This document shows, one piece after another, positions 32,519 to 42,329 of a stretch of 64,000 nucleotides of DNA. This DNA is from a phage. The notes below the pieces were generated by a model. That model saw only the letters and a list, made by a program, of their open reading frames with translations. It had not been told where the DNA came from and made no database searches. Location of the stretch: assembly GCA_012690745.1 (NCBI GenBank), contig GCA_012690745.1_4086.2, one strand, 5' to 3'. How positions within the stretch are numbered: the first letter of the stretch is position 1; each line of letters begins with the position of its first letter. The position numbers were made by a program, and so were the translations under genes.

Positions 32519-33031
32519 GTGAGTTTCATAATCCCAAGTACATACGAAGATGCATCAAGTGCAGTTCATAAGATTCATTATATTTTTAATTTAATTATTA
32601 GATCTGCAAAAATTAAAATGTATGCACCTCTTGTGGAATACGATAAAAATGAGGAAATTTTTGTTAGCACAGACCAAATTATTTTTCCATATTTCAATGA
32701 AGATAGATTGTGGTTCATGCATTTAGCTGCATTACAAAAATATAAAATGTCAATTCGTAATAATTTGGATATACCGTTATATCATCCTGATATTGGAGAG
32801 GATGAATATTTTCAGTACAGTACAGTACACCGCCATGAAGATATCTTTGTTGCTATGCTTATTGCTAAATTGAATACCGTTGATTTGGAGCAGTACAAAT
32901 ACAATAATAAATCATGTAAGATCATAATCCCTGCATTCATAGCTCTTTATGATTATGTGGTGCATAACAAAAAAGATGATACATATGCTTTCAATGAAGA
33001 GTATTTGAATTTTTTTAAGGAGAACATATGA
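32519..33031 (+). CDS. EYFQ-motif paralog family member
   Basis: Start moved to GTG 32519 (RBS AAGGAG 8 nt upstream); motif GEDEYFQYSTVH. Confidence 0.5.
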   Translation: MSFIIPSTYEDASSAVHKIHYIFNLIIRSAKIKMYAPLVEYDKNEEIFVSTDQIIFPYFNEDRLWFMHLAALQKYKMSIRNNLDIPLYHPDIGEDEYFQYSTVHRHEDIFVAMLIAKLNTVDLEQYKYNNKSCKIIIPAFIALYDYVVHNKKDDTYAFNEEYLNFFKENI

Positions 33032-33555
33032 GCAGTGAAGTGCTGAAATCAATGACATTCAATGAAATTGGTACATTTAAAGATAAGATCATTGATTGCA
33101 TTGAATACATGATTTGTAGTAATATCGAAAGTATCGAGATATTTAACAAGACAAATCGCTCTTACCATATGATGTACATTGCAAACAATAATGGTATCAT
33201 TCCATTTATTTCGGATAGTACAATATGGTACGCATGTGATACGAAAAAAACCACAATAGGTTTACATTCATTTGAGACACATTATGATCTAATTATTCCT
33301 GAACATTGTATGCAAGAAGAAGAATATTTTCAAATGCAATGTATACATTCACCATTAGTGTTGTTTAGTTTATATATTATACCTTATATCACCAAATGTG
33401 TTCATGAGAATAAAGCTCCGTGGAATCATGAATTTGTATCGTTGAAGTTATTGTATAATGTATTAGTAGAATATTATGATTACAGGCACAATGGTACAAT
33501 CAGTGATGTATGGGATTTTGAATCGCTAAGGGTGAAAACATACACAGGTGAATGA
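33028..33555 (+). CDS. EYFQ-motif paralog family member
   Basis: ATGA overlap; motif QEEEYFQMQCIH. Confidence 0.55.
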   Translation: MSSEVLKSMTFNEIGTFKDKIIDCIEYMICSNIESIEIFNKTNRSYHMMYIANNNGIIPFISDSTIWYACDTKKTTIGLHSFETHYDLIIPEHCMQEEEYFQMQCIHSPLVLFSLYIIPYITKCVHENKAPWNHEFVSLKLLYNVLVEYYDYRHNGTISDVWDFESLRVKTYTGE

Positions 33556-34171
33556 TATGACCAGAATTAAAATGTATGATTTGATGCTGTACAGTAAAAT
33601 TGCCATTCCAGTGCTTAATAAAGTGCTGGATGCATTCATTGCCAAATACCCTGAGAATTCAGTGTTATGTATTCCATTTAGTGTTCCAGATAAAGATGAT
33701 ATATTCCAAGTGAATGTCAGTACACGTGGTATTACATTGCAGCAGAAATATATGGATACGGAATATTATGGAATAAAGTTGGATTCAGTACAGGGTTCTA
33801 AATCAGCCTATGATTTTTTTGTTCCTAATAACATCGAGTCATGGGAAACAAACATTTCAAAGAAAGATGAAAATGATGTTCCTATTAGTGGTGTGTTCAA
33901 CAATAAAGTTTTTTATTATTACGAAACCGACAAATTCCCTGAAGAGTTATATTACAATTCAGAAATGAATGAAGATGTAGATGCATTCATGTTTCAATTA
34001 TCGTTAGTACATGATATCATTGATGTTCAAGAGTTAAGAGCAGAAATCAATTTAGCTAAAGAGTTATCGGACATGCTCCCACCGTTTAGTATGCTTTTTT
34101 GTGAAGGAGGTTATTTTTCAAAAGAAGTGTTTGAACATTTCGTAGATGTTGTAAAAGGGTTGGATATATAG
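33548..34171 (+). CDS. EYFQ-motif paralog family member
   Basis: Motif DAFMFQLSLVHD. Confidence 0.55.
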   Translation: MNDMTRIKMYDLMLYSKIAIPVLNKVLDAFIAKYPENSVLCIPFSVPDKDDIFQVNVSTRGITLQQKYMDTEYYGIKLDSVQGSKSAYDFFVPNNIESWETNISKKDENDVPISGVFNNKVFYYYETDKFPEELYYNSEMNEDVDAFMFQLSLVHDIIDVQELRAEINLAKELSDMLPPFSMLFCEGGYFSKEVFEHFVDVVKGLDI

Positions 34172-34172
34172 T

Positions 34173-34367
34173 ATGCTTATAATTGATATTAAACAAAAAT
34201 ACCGTAAGTTTGATTGGTTCACCGATAGTTTCCAGCTTGAATTATTACATATGAATATCAGTGAAACATTATGTGCAGAAACACAAGATGAATTTGATGA
34301 TAGAGTGATGAACATAGTAATGCTTTCTTGCTTTAAACATTTTGGTTATTTTTTCGGACAGTATTGA
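34173..34367 (+). CDS. hypothetical small protein
   Basis: Track ORF; no family motif. Confidence 0.4.
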   Translation: MLIIDIKQKYRKFDWFTDSFQLELLHMNISETLCAETQDEFDDRVMNIVMLSCFKHFGYFFGQY

Positions 34368-34375
34368 GGTAAAAA

Positions 34376-34891
34376 ATGCATCAACACAAGCATCATTCAT
34401 ATGATTTTGCAATTAACATTATGAAGTTTATTCGAGCGTTGGAGGATGGGAAGCTTAGTCATAAGTACAGGAAAGAGGGTAACAATTGGTTCAGAAATGA
34501 TTCCGAGTTCAGTTGTCATAAAATCGTGTATAGTAATCAGTACAGTGCCAATTACCTACAAGATGTAGTGATGTGTTTTGAATACGTGTTGCAGTTCAGG
34601 GGTTCAATCCAAGATGAGTTGATGGAGAACATGTACATCCGATACCTTCCAATGCTCAAAGATGAAAATGTATTATTAAATTCAATATACCAACGAGTTC
34701 GTGAAATTGAGTGCAGGGATATATTAGATACAGAAGAATCGTATTTCCAGCAATCCCTGATTTATTCACCTGATTTATTACAGGTACATAATTTGTTTAA
34801 TACATTACGTCAGAACATCAGTACAGACATATTTTTGTCATTATCGGATTATGATACATTTGTCAAAGATTTAGAGGAAATAGGTTTATGA
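34376..34891 (+). CDS. EYFQ-motif paralog family member
   Basis: Motif TEESYFQQSLIY. Confidence 0.55.
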   Translation: MHQHKHHSYDFAINIMKFIRALEDGKLSHKYRKEGNNWFRNDSEFSCHKIVYSNQYSANYLQDVVMCFEYVLQFRGSIQDELMENMYIRYLPMLKDENVLLNSIYQRVREIECRDILDTEESYFQQSLIYSPDLLQVHNLFNTLRQNISTDIFLSLSDYDTFVKDLEEIGL

Positions 34892-35232
34892 GTCGATTTT
34901 CGGTTTATATAGTAAACGTCAGTAAAGATGGTAGTTTAATTGAATTTGATGTAGTTGATAACAATGATAATTCATATGGTATTAAGGTACAGGACAATGA
35001 TGTACAGTTCAGTACAAGGACAAATTTTGAGAATCCAGTCCAAGTTCCGAATTTCATAGAAGATGAAGCTGCACGATTCCAATACGAAACGGCCTTTGAT
35101 AATGTACATATGCATATTATTATGCAACAAAGTTTAGTTCAATTAGTTCCTTTGTTCAGACAAAATATATATGTACATGAAGTGTCGATTAATGGCATTC
35201 AAAGTTCCGTATTGTTCGATACAAATATGTAA
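34888..35232 (+). CDS. EYFQ-motif paralog family member (divergent)
   Basis: ATGA overlap; motif DEAARFQYETAFD. Confidence 0.5.
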   Translation: MSRFSVYIVNVSKDGSLIEFDVVDNNDNSYGIKVQDNDVQFSTRTNFENPVQVPNFIEDEAARFQYETAFDNVHMHIIMQQSLVQLVPLFRQNIYVHEVSINGIQSSVLFDTNM

Positions 35233-35242
35233 GGAAAGTACA

Positions 35243-35794
35243 ATGAGTTCAATGAGTTTATTAGATACATTAGAAAAAGACAGAAGTGCAATTAAGCGTT
35301 TAAAAGAGCAAGTACAAAAGATTGTATACAACGTTGATAAGTTTGAGGTTCCCGGAAGATTTGGTGATATTTCCCATACGGAGATCAAATCCCTTAAGTC
35401 AGATTTGTTGATTAAAAATAAAAATGGGTTGATTTTAGTTTTGAGTTCAGATATGATGGGGGCAACACATAGTTATAATGCCGTATCGGTGCGTTCCGAG
35501 TGTGAAGGTATATATCTATCACAGGGTTTCAATAGCGAGACACAGGTTTGTTTTTGTGATGCAGTACATGACCCTATGAAGTTCACGAGAAGTGAAGCCC
35601 AAGCGTTATTAGAGCTATCAGACGAGAGTTTGTTTCAGTACAGTACAATGTATGACAATGATAAGCTTCGTTGTATGTACGCTGTAAAGCATTATACACA
35701 GGAGTTTTCTGGATTTGCATACCTTTTAGTTAGAACCAATACCAGATATATTGATATGTTAGAAGATTACATCGATAAAGTTGTTAATGTATGA
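35243..35794 (+). CDS. EYFQ-motif paralog family member
   Basis: Trimmed from track 35171 to ATG 35243 (RBS AAGGAAAG); motif DESLFQYSTMYD. Confidence 0.55.
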   Translation: MSSMSLLDTLEKDRSAIKRLKEQVQKIVYNVDKFEVPGRFGDISHTEIKSLKSDLLIKNKNGLILVLSSDMMGATHSYNAVSVRSECEGIYLSQGFNSETQVCFCDAVHDPMKFTRSEAQALLELSDESLFQYSTMYDNDKLRCMYAVKHYTQEFSGFAYLLVRTNTRYIDMLEDYIDKVVNV

Positions 35795-35814
35795 TTTTGT
35801 GATGGGATGGGATA

Positions 35815-35982
35815 ATGCTGATGAAAGAGTTATTTGAAGATCAGTTCAATACATATGTGGATAATATTCTTTATTCCAGCCGTGCTAGTCAACGAGGAAA
35901 TCGTGCTTACAATATAGATTACCTATTAGTGGTGCTGAGTTCACAGTACACCTACGCTGTACAGAGGACATATTATGAATAA
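35815..35982 (+). CDS. hypothetical small protein (55 aa; not in ORF track)
   Basis: ORF in gap; 3' end overlaps next start. Confidence 0.35.
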   Translation: MLMKELFEDQFNTYVDNILYSSRASQRGNRAYNIDYLLVVLSSQYTYAVQRTYYE

Positions 35983-36178
35983 TTTTAGAGATGTTGCTAA
36001 GGAGAAGTTCAAGTGCAGTTTAGATTTTGGGTTAAATGATTTTCTGACATGCACAATGTACAGGAATGATGATTATGAGCAATCCGTAATTTCGTTGCAC
36101 AGATATTTCGAAATAATTTACGCAAGATATCTTAGAAGGTTAGAGGGAATAGGGGATTGGAATTATGATTACGTTTGA
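35975..36178 (+). CDS. hypothetical small protein
   Basis: Track ORF. Confidence 0.4.
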   Translation: MNNFRDVAKEKFKCSLDFGLNDFLTCTMYRNDDYEQSVISLHRYFEIIYARYLRRLEGIGDWNYDYV

Positions 36179-36389
36179 AGAGCCGGAAGTGGCATATTGC
36201 TTTAGTGTGAAAGGTTTTGAATTCATGATGGATTCTATTTTGAAGGATACATATTTGGTTCAGATTGCAGTTGCAGATAATACAGATAATGCATTACAGC
36301 GAGTATTGAATATATACGAGAGGACGAGTCGAAGGCTTTGTGCAATGAAAAGGATTGAAGAAATCAAGGTTTCTAGGCTGAATAAATAG
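36165..36389 (+). CDS. hypothetical small protein
   Basis: Track ORF. Confidence 0.4.
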   Translation: MITFEEPEVAYCFSVKGFEFMMDSILKDTYLVQIAVADNTDNALQRVLNIYERTSRRLCAMKRIEEIKVSRLNK

Positions 36390-36585
36390 AGACGTTTCAT
36401 TTTGACAGGCCGCAGGGGGGTCAAAAAAATTTCCGCTGAAAAACATGCTAAGGTATATGTTTAATATAAAGTTTTATATTGTGTTTTTCAGAGTACAGTT
36501 CATGTTTCCTGAAACAAAAAATACCCCGCCGCCGAACGTTCTCCTTATATTGGAGTTTACCTTATTAATTATAGTAGAGATTAAG

Positions 36586-36963
36586 ATGGAAATAAAATAT
36601 AATGAATTTTGTGCAAGGACATGGATGTACACTGGTGAGTTAGTTACGCACTCTAACTTATACAAGGGTGATTTAAACTACGCTAGGGACAAGATTTTAA
36701 AGTACTGGAATGCTGACTTTTATTTGATGGATTTTAGTACTGGGTTTAGGGGTAAAGCAACCGAGATGTTGGACTATACAGTACTTGATGATGCTACACT
36801 GTTTCAGGCGGCATTAGTATTTGATAAGAAGTACATCTGTACATTAGAAGAGATGATTGAATTACAGCGTAGAATTAAATGTATTCACAGGGAATGTATA
36901 GATATCTGGTGCAGTACTGGTGAAGATGATTTTTGTAATCATTTCAATCTAGGGGAAGTGTGA
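36586..36963 (+). CDS. EYFQ-motif paralog family member
   Basis: Trimmed from track 36445 to ATG 36586 (RBS GAGA); motif DATLFQAALVFDKKYICTLEEM. Confidence 0.55.
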   Translation: MEIKYNEFCARTWMYTGELVTHSNLYKGDLNYARDKILKYWNADFYLMDFSTGFRGKATEMLDYTVLDDATLFQAALVFDKKYICTLEEMIELQRRIKCIHRECIDIWCSTGEDDFCNHFNLGEV

Positions 36964-37124
36964 TGGAATTTGATTTTTTAATATCAGTACATTCTTTTAA
37001 GCACAGTTATCAGTACTTTTGTAATTTAAACAAAGGTGATTTGATTATGGATACAGATACAGAGGCTGTATACAGTTCTAATATTCTGTACAAATTCAGT
37101 ACTAATCTGAAGGAGATTTTATGA
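36963..37124 (+). pseudogene. truncated N-terminal duplicate of the 37492 paralog (53 codons)
   Basis: MEFDFLISVHSFKHSYQYFCNLNKGDL is near-identical to N-terminus of 37492..37848 but ORF ends after 53 codons. Confidence 0.45.
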
Positions 37125-37492
37125 AAAAAGAAATTAGAATTCAATTCGGTATGAGGAAAAAAGAGGTCATCTGTACACTGAATCATGCGGTCGTGGAAAG
37201 CCTTGGTGGTGCATTACAAAAATTCTCCCATTTTGTTCTTGTACTATATGAAAATGGGTCTTTTAAAATCTTCACATATGATGATTCAAAAAATTACCGT
37301 AATGATTTTGTAAATCTGACAGTACTGTCAGAAGAGGAATTCTTTCAGGAAAGTACTGTCTGGAATTTACCAGGAGCACCAATTGAATACGTCCGTGCTA
37401 CACAGGCAGAAATGATCAAAGTAATGCAGAACTATCCAGAAGATTATATGACTAAGTTTCCTGAATCTATTTATGTAGAGGTTGAGTACTGA
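37121..37492 (+). CDS. EYFQ-motif paralog family member
   Basis: ATGA overlap; motif SEEEFFQESTVWN. Confidence 0.55.
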   Translation: MKKEIRIQFGMRKKEVICTLNHAVVESLGGALQKFSHFVLVLYENGSFKIFTYDDSKNYRNDFVNLTVLSEEEFFQESTVWNLPGAPIEYVRATQAEMIKVMQNYPEDYMTKFPESIYVEVEY

Positions 37493-37848
37493 TGGAATTT
37501 GATTTTTTAATATCAGTACATACTTTCAAGCACAGTTATCAGTACTTTTGTAATTTAAACAAAGGTGATTTAATGCACAGTGCAAATGAGTATATTCATT
37601 ACACTCAGGGTAAATTTACATTCATTGATTACAGTTCATTACAGTATCCACACCAAGATATGCCGGACTATACATTAATGGATACCGCAGAACTATTCCA
37701 AGAATCATTAGTATTTGATAAGAAGTACTTGTGTACATTTGAAGAAGTTATTGCAATACAAAATGAAATGAAAGAGTATGCTGCTTTGCATAAACCCAAT
37801 GCAAGTATTAATCAAGAATACAAATTCAATTTAGGAATTCAAGAATGA
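37492..37848 (+). CDS. EYFQ-motif paralog family member
   Basis: Motif TAELFQESLVFDKKYLCTFEE. Confidence 0.55.
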   Translation: MEFDFLISVHTFKHSYQYFCNLNKGDLMHSANEYIHYTQGKFTFIDYSSLQYPHQDMPDYTLMDTAELFQESLVFDKKYLCTFEEVIAIQNEMKEYAALHKPNASINQEYKFNLGIQE

Positions 37849-38204
37849 CATATGATTATTCTATGTACTATTATAAGTTACCTAAAGGATGGGACTTGTG
37901 CTGTAATCTTATTAAGGGCGACTCGGAACATGAGTTGAGTTTATATATGCATTACAAAGATTCTTGTTTTAAATTTATTCATGTATCACATGACGACTAT
38001 GACTATGAATCTGAGAGTCTTATAGATTATACAGTACTGGACGATGGTGAACTATTTCAGGCTGCATTAGTGTTTGATAAGAATAAGTACTCCTGTACAT
38101 TTGAAGAAATGGTTTCTTTGCAAAATGAAATGAAGAGATTTGAAAAAGAAAACGTATTTAATCCATCCCCATCAAGAACGAATAATTATTATTTCAATAT
38201 ATGA
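37845..38204 (+). CDS. EYFQ-motif paralog family member
   Basis: ATGA overlap; motif DGELFQAALVFDKNKYSCTFEE. Confidence 0.55.
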   Translation: MTYDYSMYYYKLPKGWDLCCNLIKGDSEHELSLYMHYKDSCFKFIHVSHDDYDYESESLIDYTVLDDGELFQAALVFDKNKYSCTFEEMVSLQNEMKRFEKENVFNPSPSRTNNYYFNI

Positions 38205-38213
38205 GATTATAAA

Positions 38214-38705
38214 ATGACATTACAGAGTTCATTGGAAAAAGCAAAGAAGATTCATGAGTACATGAATATGGCAAAAGAAGGTTCAGTTTACGGTGTTTTC
38301 AAAGACACAAGTACTCAATATTATGTACCGGATAACCTCCTTTATAATGACTGCTCAGATACAGAAACGTGCGTACTGGATACAGAAACGTGCATACTAG
38401 ATACCGACCCTAATGATTATGAATGCTTCATTAATATGCATAATGAGTACATGGTCTATATTAATGATACAGATACCATCAACAGTACTGACAGCGATTC
38501 CAATGACATTATAATTCCGAGTGAAGTACTGGAAGGTCCGTGGGATAGTGAAGAGTATTACTTCCAACAAAGTACTGTATATGATAATGAAGTACTTGAT
38601 GTTATTATAATTATGTGGTACTTTAAAAGTATTGGTTCTGGGAACTTCTATTTCGATTACAAATACGTAAAGAAAACTGTAGATAACGGTATTAACAGGG
38701 GTTGA
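38214..38705 (+). CDS. EYFQ-motif paralog, MSLQSAL subfamily
   Basis: Motif LEGPWDSEEYYFQQSTVYD. Confidence 0.6.
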   Translation: MTLQSSLEKAKKIHEYMNMAKEGSVYGVFKDTSTQYYVPDNLLYNDCSDTETCVLDTETCILDTDPNDYECFINMHNEYMVYINDTDTINSTDSDSNDIIIPSEVLEGPWDSEEYYFQQSTVYDNEVLDVIIIMWYFKSIGSGNFYFDYKYVKKTVDNGINRG

Positions 38706-38706
38706 A

Positions 38707-39177
38707 ATGAGTTTAGAAAGAGCATTAGAGATTGCGAAGTTAATTGATTTATGCAGCAAAGAAATTGTAGCAAATTGTCTTAATGGATATCTATTCAAGG
38801 AAGGTAAATCATATTGTCGAATGAGATACGATGACAGTAGTGAGTACATTCACATGTATGAAGAAAACTTAGATTCTTCTGAAACAACACTCAATGGGTG
38901 TGATGTTAATTTGGAAGATAATTACATGTACTTCTGTCGTGATGCTGATATTTTAATACAAGATTCTGACATTATATCTGGTGCAGCAGAGAAACATCTT
39001 CCGTATTCAGTACTGGATAATGACTGGGGAAGTGAAGAGTACTACTTCCAGCAGAATACTATCTACGAGGAAGATGTACTTGACAAGCTTGTCATTCTGT
39101 GGTACTTTAATAATACAGATTGTCCTAGCTTCTATTTGGACTTGGATCTACTACGAGTTATTAAAGAGGATATATGA
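38707..39177 (+). CDS. EYFQ-motif paralog, MSLQSAL subfamily
   Basis: Motif NDWGSEEYYFQQNTIYE. Confidence 0.6.
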   Translation: MSLERALEIAKLIDLCSKEIVANCLNGYLFKEGKSYCRMRYDDSSEYIHMYEENLDSSETTLNGCDVNLEDNYMYFCRDADILIQDSDIISGAAEKHLPYSVLDNDWGSEEYYFQQNTIYEEDVLDKLVILWYFNNTDCPSFYLDLDLLRVIKEDI

Positions 39178-39617
39178 GTTTAGCAAGTGCACTTGAACTA
39201 GCACACAGAATACATCACTTCCACGATAACATAAAAAGTGGGTTCTATGGTGATAAAGTAAGTGCATTTGGTGATGAGTATTATCTATCAGGTATAAAGA
39301 CATACTCTGATGATATTTTACTTATGGGACAGGATAAAGACAATACTATACAGTACTCTTCATGTAGTCAATATACTAATTTTTTTGTATATATTCCAGG
39401 TACTAAGATTACTTTTGACACAACAAATACACCTGTTGACTTCGGGGTACTTGATGGCCCGTGGGGTACTGAAGAGTATTACTTCCAACAGAGTCTCATT
39501 TTTAACCAAGAAATTCTTGATTCCTTGGTTGTGTTGTGGTACTTTAAGGAATTGAATTTTGAACCATTCTTTCTTGACTGGGGAGCATGTGAATATTTAA
39601 GTACAGGGGATTTGTAA
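39174..39617 (+). CDS. EYFQ-motif paralog, MSLQSAL subfamily
   Basis: ATGA overlap; motif DGPWGTEEYYFQQSLIFN. Confidence 0.6.
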   Translation: MSLASALELAHRIHHFHDNIKSGFYGDKVSAFGDEYYLSGIKTYSDDILLMGQDKDNTIQYSSCSQYTNFFVYIPGTKITFDTTNTPVDFGVLDGPWGTEEYYFQQSLIFNQEILDSLVVLWYFKELNFEPFFLDWGACEYLSTGDL

Positions 39618-40105
39618 TGTCATTACAAAGTGCATTGAAAGAAGCAAAGAAGATTCATGAGTACATGATTATGGTACAGGAAGGTTCAGTACCAGGTGTA
39701 TATAAAACATCTGATACTGAATTTTTTGTAAAAGACCGTGACGATTATGACGAGTCCGAGATATGTGCAGAAACATTAGTACTGCACACTGATACTGGTG
39801 ACAGTGATAACTGTGAATATCATATGTACAATCAGTACATTAGTTATTGCCGTAATGAAGATATTACCATCTACAACACAGATAGTGATGCTGATGACAC
39901 TATCATTCCTTATTCAGTACTGGAAGGACCGTGGGATAGTGAAGAATATTACTTCCAGAATAGTACGTTGTACAATGAAGAAGAATTAGATGTTATTGTA
40001 ATTATGTGGTATTTCAAAAGTATTGACTCCAGTAGTTTCTATTTTGATTATGAATATGTAGAGAATACTGTAGGAGAAGGTAATGTCATTACAAAGTGCT
40101 CTTGA
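39617..40105 (+). CDS. EYFQ-motif paralog, MSLQSAL subfamily
   Basis: Motif LEGPWDSEEYYFQNSTLYN. Confidence 0.6.
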   Translation: MSLQSALKEAKKIHEYMIMVQEGSVPGVYKTSDTEFFVKDRDDYDESEICAETLVLHTDTGDSDNCEYHMYNQYISYCRNEDITIYNTDSDADDTIIPYSVLEGPWDSEEYYFQNSTLYNEEELDVIVIMWYFKSIDSSSFYFDYEYVENTVGEGNVITKCS

Positions 40106-40535
40106 AAAAGCAAAAGAACTACATGGATACTTTGAAGATATAAAGGCAGGAAAGTTCAAAGAAGTGTACAAAGCCGAGAACGGCAACTACTACAAGGATG
40201 AAATGTATAATAACTCCGTTGGTGTAAGGGTTATTCTTGGGTTGAATTCCAATAGTCCTATATCGTTTTCTGAATACAATAGAGATGCAGAATTTATTAG
40301 TTATGTTGAAAATGGTAGCATTCGTTTTATTAATCGCAAAAAACCATTAATTTTGAATTATGAAGTACTGGAAGGTCCGTGGGATAGTGAAGAGTATTAC
40401 TTCCAAAACAGTACTGTTTACGATGATGAAGTACTTGAAGCATTAGTTATTATGTGGTACTTAAAGAGTGTTAACTGTCCTCGATTTTATTTGGATTTCG
40501 AAGAACTTCGTAAAGATCCAGAAGGTATAGAATGA
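40083..40535 (+). CDS. EYFQ-motif paralog, MSLQSAL subfamily
   Basis: Motif LEGPWDSEEYYFQNSTVYD. Confidence 0.6.
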   Translation: MSLQSALEKAKELHGYFEDIKAGKFKEVYKAENGNYYKDEMYNNSVGVRVILGLNSNSPISFSEYNRDAEFISYVENGSIRFINRKKPLILNYEVLEGPWDSEEYYFQNSTVYDDEVLEALVIMWYLKSVNCPRFYLDFEELRKDPEGIE

Positions 40536-40846
40536 AAAACTTATTCAGTGTTCAGTACGTCCCTGGTGAAATTAGTTTATTGTATCTGTTTGATCATGAT
40601 AATTCATTATTACTAGTAGTAAAGAAATGCCAAGCTAGTTCGTTTGTTGAATACATTCACGATAGTGAATATATACCTGATTTTTTAGAGTGTGATTATT
40701 ACGATGAACATGAATCATTTATTTTCCAGGAATCTCTCGTATGGGATAAATCGATCAACTTCTTTACGTTAATTGAATTACAAAAGCAGGTGAAGTATCA
40801 TTGGGATTATTTAATCACACAGGATTACATTGAGATAGAAATATAA
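40532..40846 (+). CDS. EYFQ-motif paralog family member
   Basis: ATGA overlap; motif HESFIFQESLVWD. Confidence 0.55.
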   Translation: MKNLFSVQYVPGEISLLYLFDHDNSLLLVVKKCQASSFVEYIHDSEYIPDFLECDYYDEHESFIFQESLVWDKSINFFTLIELQKQVKYHWDYLITQDYIEIEI

Positions 40847-41154
40847 TGACTAAAAATGAATTTGATTCACTTTGTACGGTTTATAATTCATTGACAGAAA
40901 TACCTGACTTTATTAATTACATTTCAGCTTTAAATCAAATTATGCATAGTTTTGAACAATCGTTTGAAGAGAAATATGCTGGTAGAAAAGTTCTATGTCA
41001 TATGTCAATGTACTTAGGAGATGGTGAGCCTTACACTACAAGTACTACATGTGAAATAAAAAAATATAATATATTATTGGGGACAATAGAATTCACAGTA
41101 TCCAATGGTGGTAGTTATATGTACTTTAGAGATGGAGTGGTTGAATTATTATGA
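40846..41154 (+). CDS. hypothetical protein
   Basis: Track ORF; no family motif. Confidence 0.45.
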   Translation: MTKNEFDSLCTVYNSLTEIPDFINYISALNQIMHSFEQSFEEKYAGRKVLCHMSMYLGDGEPYTTSTTCEIKKYNILLGTIEFTVSNGGSYMYFRDGVVELL

Positions 41155-41600
41155 GTTACGAAAGTGCAATCAAGAAAGCAAATGATATTCTACGCGTCGT
41201 TAAATTCTTCAAAGAAAATCCTGAATACTTAGCTGATGAAAACCATGATCACGATGAGAGATTGAGACGAAAAATTGTCGCTTTATTTGACACTAATGCG
41301 GATAATTATAGTCTAATTGAGTTAGCATACGATTATATTTCATTGAACCGAAACGGCAATATAGTTAATATAGAAAGACATGCAACTGAAGAATCTTTTA
41401 AAATTTCAGATATTTTATCCCTGAGTACTGAAGAAGGGTACTTCCAGGGTAGTACTGTTTATGAACAAGGAACACTTGACAATCTATGCACATTCAGTGT
41501 AATATATCAGAAATCTGTACTAGATGTATTTTATCTTGACACTGCTGAACTGGATACACTAACCAATTTTGTTACTACTGAAGAGGCTACATTCGAGTGA
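41151..41600 (+). CDS. EYFQ-motif paralog (MSYESAI N-terminus, related to MSLQSAL subfamily)
   Basis: ATGA overlap; motif TEEGYFQGSTVYE. Confidence 0.55.
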   Translation: MSYESAIKKANDILRVVKFFKENPEYLADENHDHDERLRRKIVALFDTNADNYSLIELAYDYISLNRNGNIVNIERHATEESFKISDILSLSTEEGYFQGSTVYEQGTLDNLCTFSVIYQKSVLDVFYLDTAELDTLTNFVTTEEATFE

Positions 41601-42133
41601 TGAAAGTTAACATCAATGACTTTGATGCATTACAAGATTTATCAAAAAAGATTCGCACCATTGTACCAGTACTCAAAAAATGCAGTACTGGTTTAATCGA
41701 TCCTAGTACTGTTGTTAATGAGAAGTACAATTTTCATTATGTATTACAGGGTACTGGGGCATTCCAGAAGTGTGAGGTGCGTGAGACACACGTAATTGAT
41801 ACATCATTGTTTTCTATTGGTGCACCTGTGTCGAATAATACTATTTTCCTAGACAACGCTGGAAATATTCAACAATTAACATTTAAGAAAAGGAAAAAGA
41901 ACAATAACATTGGTGTGTATGCGATGAAGTGGGGTCAACCTGATTTGAAGCGTGAAATTCACATCCCTAAGTACAATTACAATGCATTTGACGAACAGTG
42001 TTTTCAACTATCGTGTACTGACCCTGACTATGCTATCATTCAGTTCTATATGGAATTGCAGATAGCATTTAACAGTAATTTGTATATTAACTTATTGGCG
42101 ATTAACATTGATGAAGTATTCAAAAACATTTAA
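41597..42133 (+). CDS. EYFQ-motif paralog family member (divergent)
   Basis: ATGA overlap; motif DEQCFQLSCTDP. Confidence 0.5.
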   Translation: MMKVNINDFDALQDLSKKIRTIVPVLKKCSTGLIDPSTVVNEKYNFHYVLQGTGAFQKCEVRETHVIDTSLFSIGAPVSNNTIFLDNAGNIQQLTFKKRKKNNNIGVYAMKWGQPDLKREIHIPKYNYNAFDEQCFQLSCTDPDYAIIQFYMELQIAFNSNLYINLLAINIDEVFKNI

Positions 42134-42329
42134 TCGAATTGAATACATGAGAACTGTGAGTGCAGTGTGGGACATATGGTTCACTACTAAACCAAAAATG
42201 GATTACCATGACTTTAAGCTCTTGTTCTTCGTTGGCTCTAACAAACAGGATGTTGCAATGAAGGGTTATATTCAGCACTTACAGGAACTAATCCAGAAGA
42301 GAATATATGAAAATAATAGACCAAAATGA
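42108..42329 (+). CDS. small paralog family member interleaved in large array
   Basis: Motif FFVGSNKQDVAMKGYIQHL; start uncertain. Confidence 0.45.
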   Translation: MMKYSKTFNRIEYMRTVSAVWDIWFTTKPKMDYHDFKLLFFVGSNKQDVAMKGYIQHLQELIQKRIYENNRPK

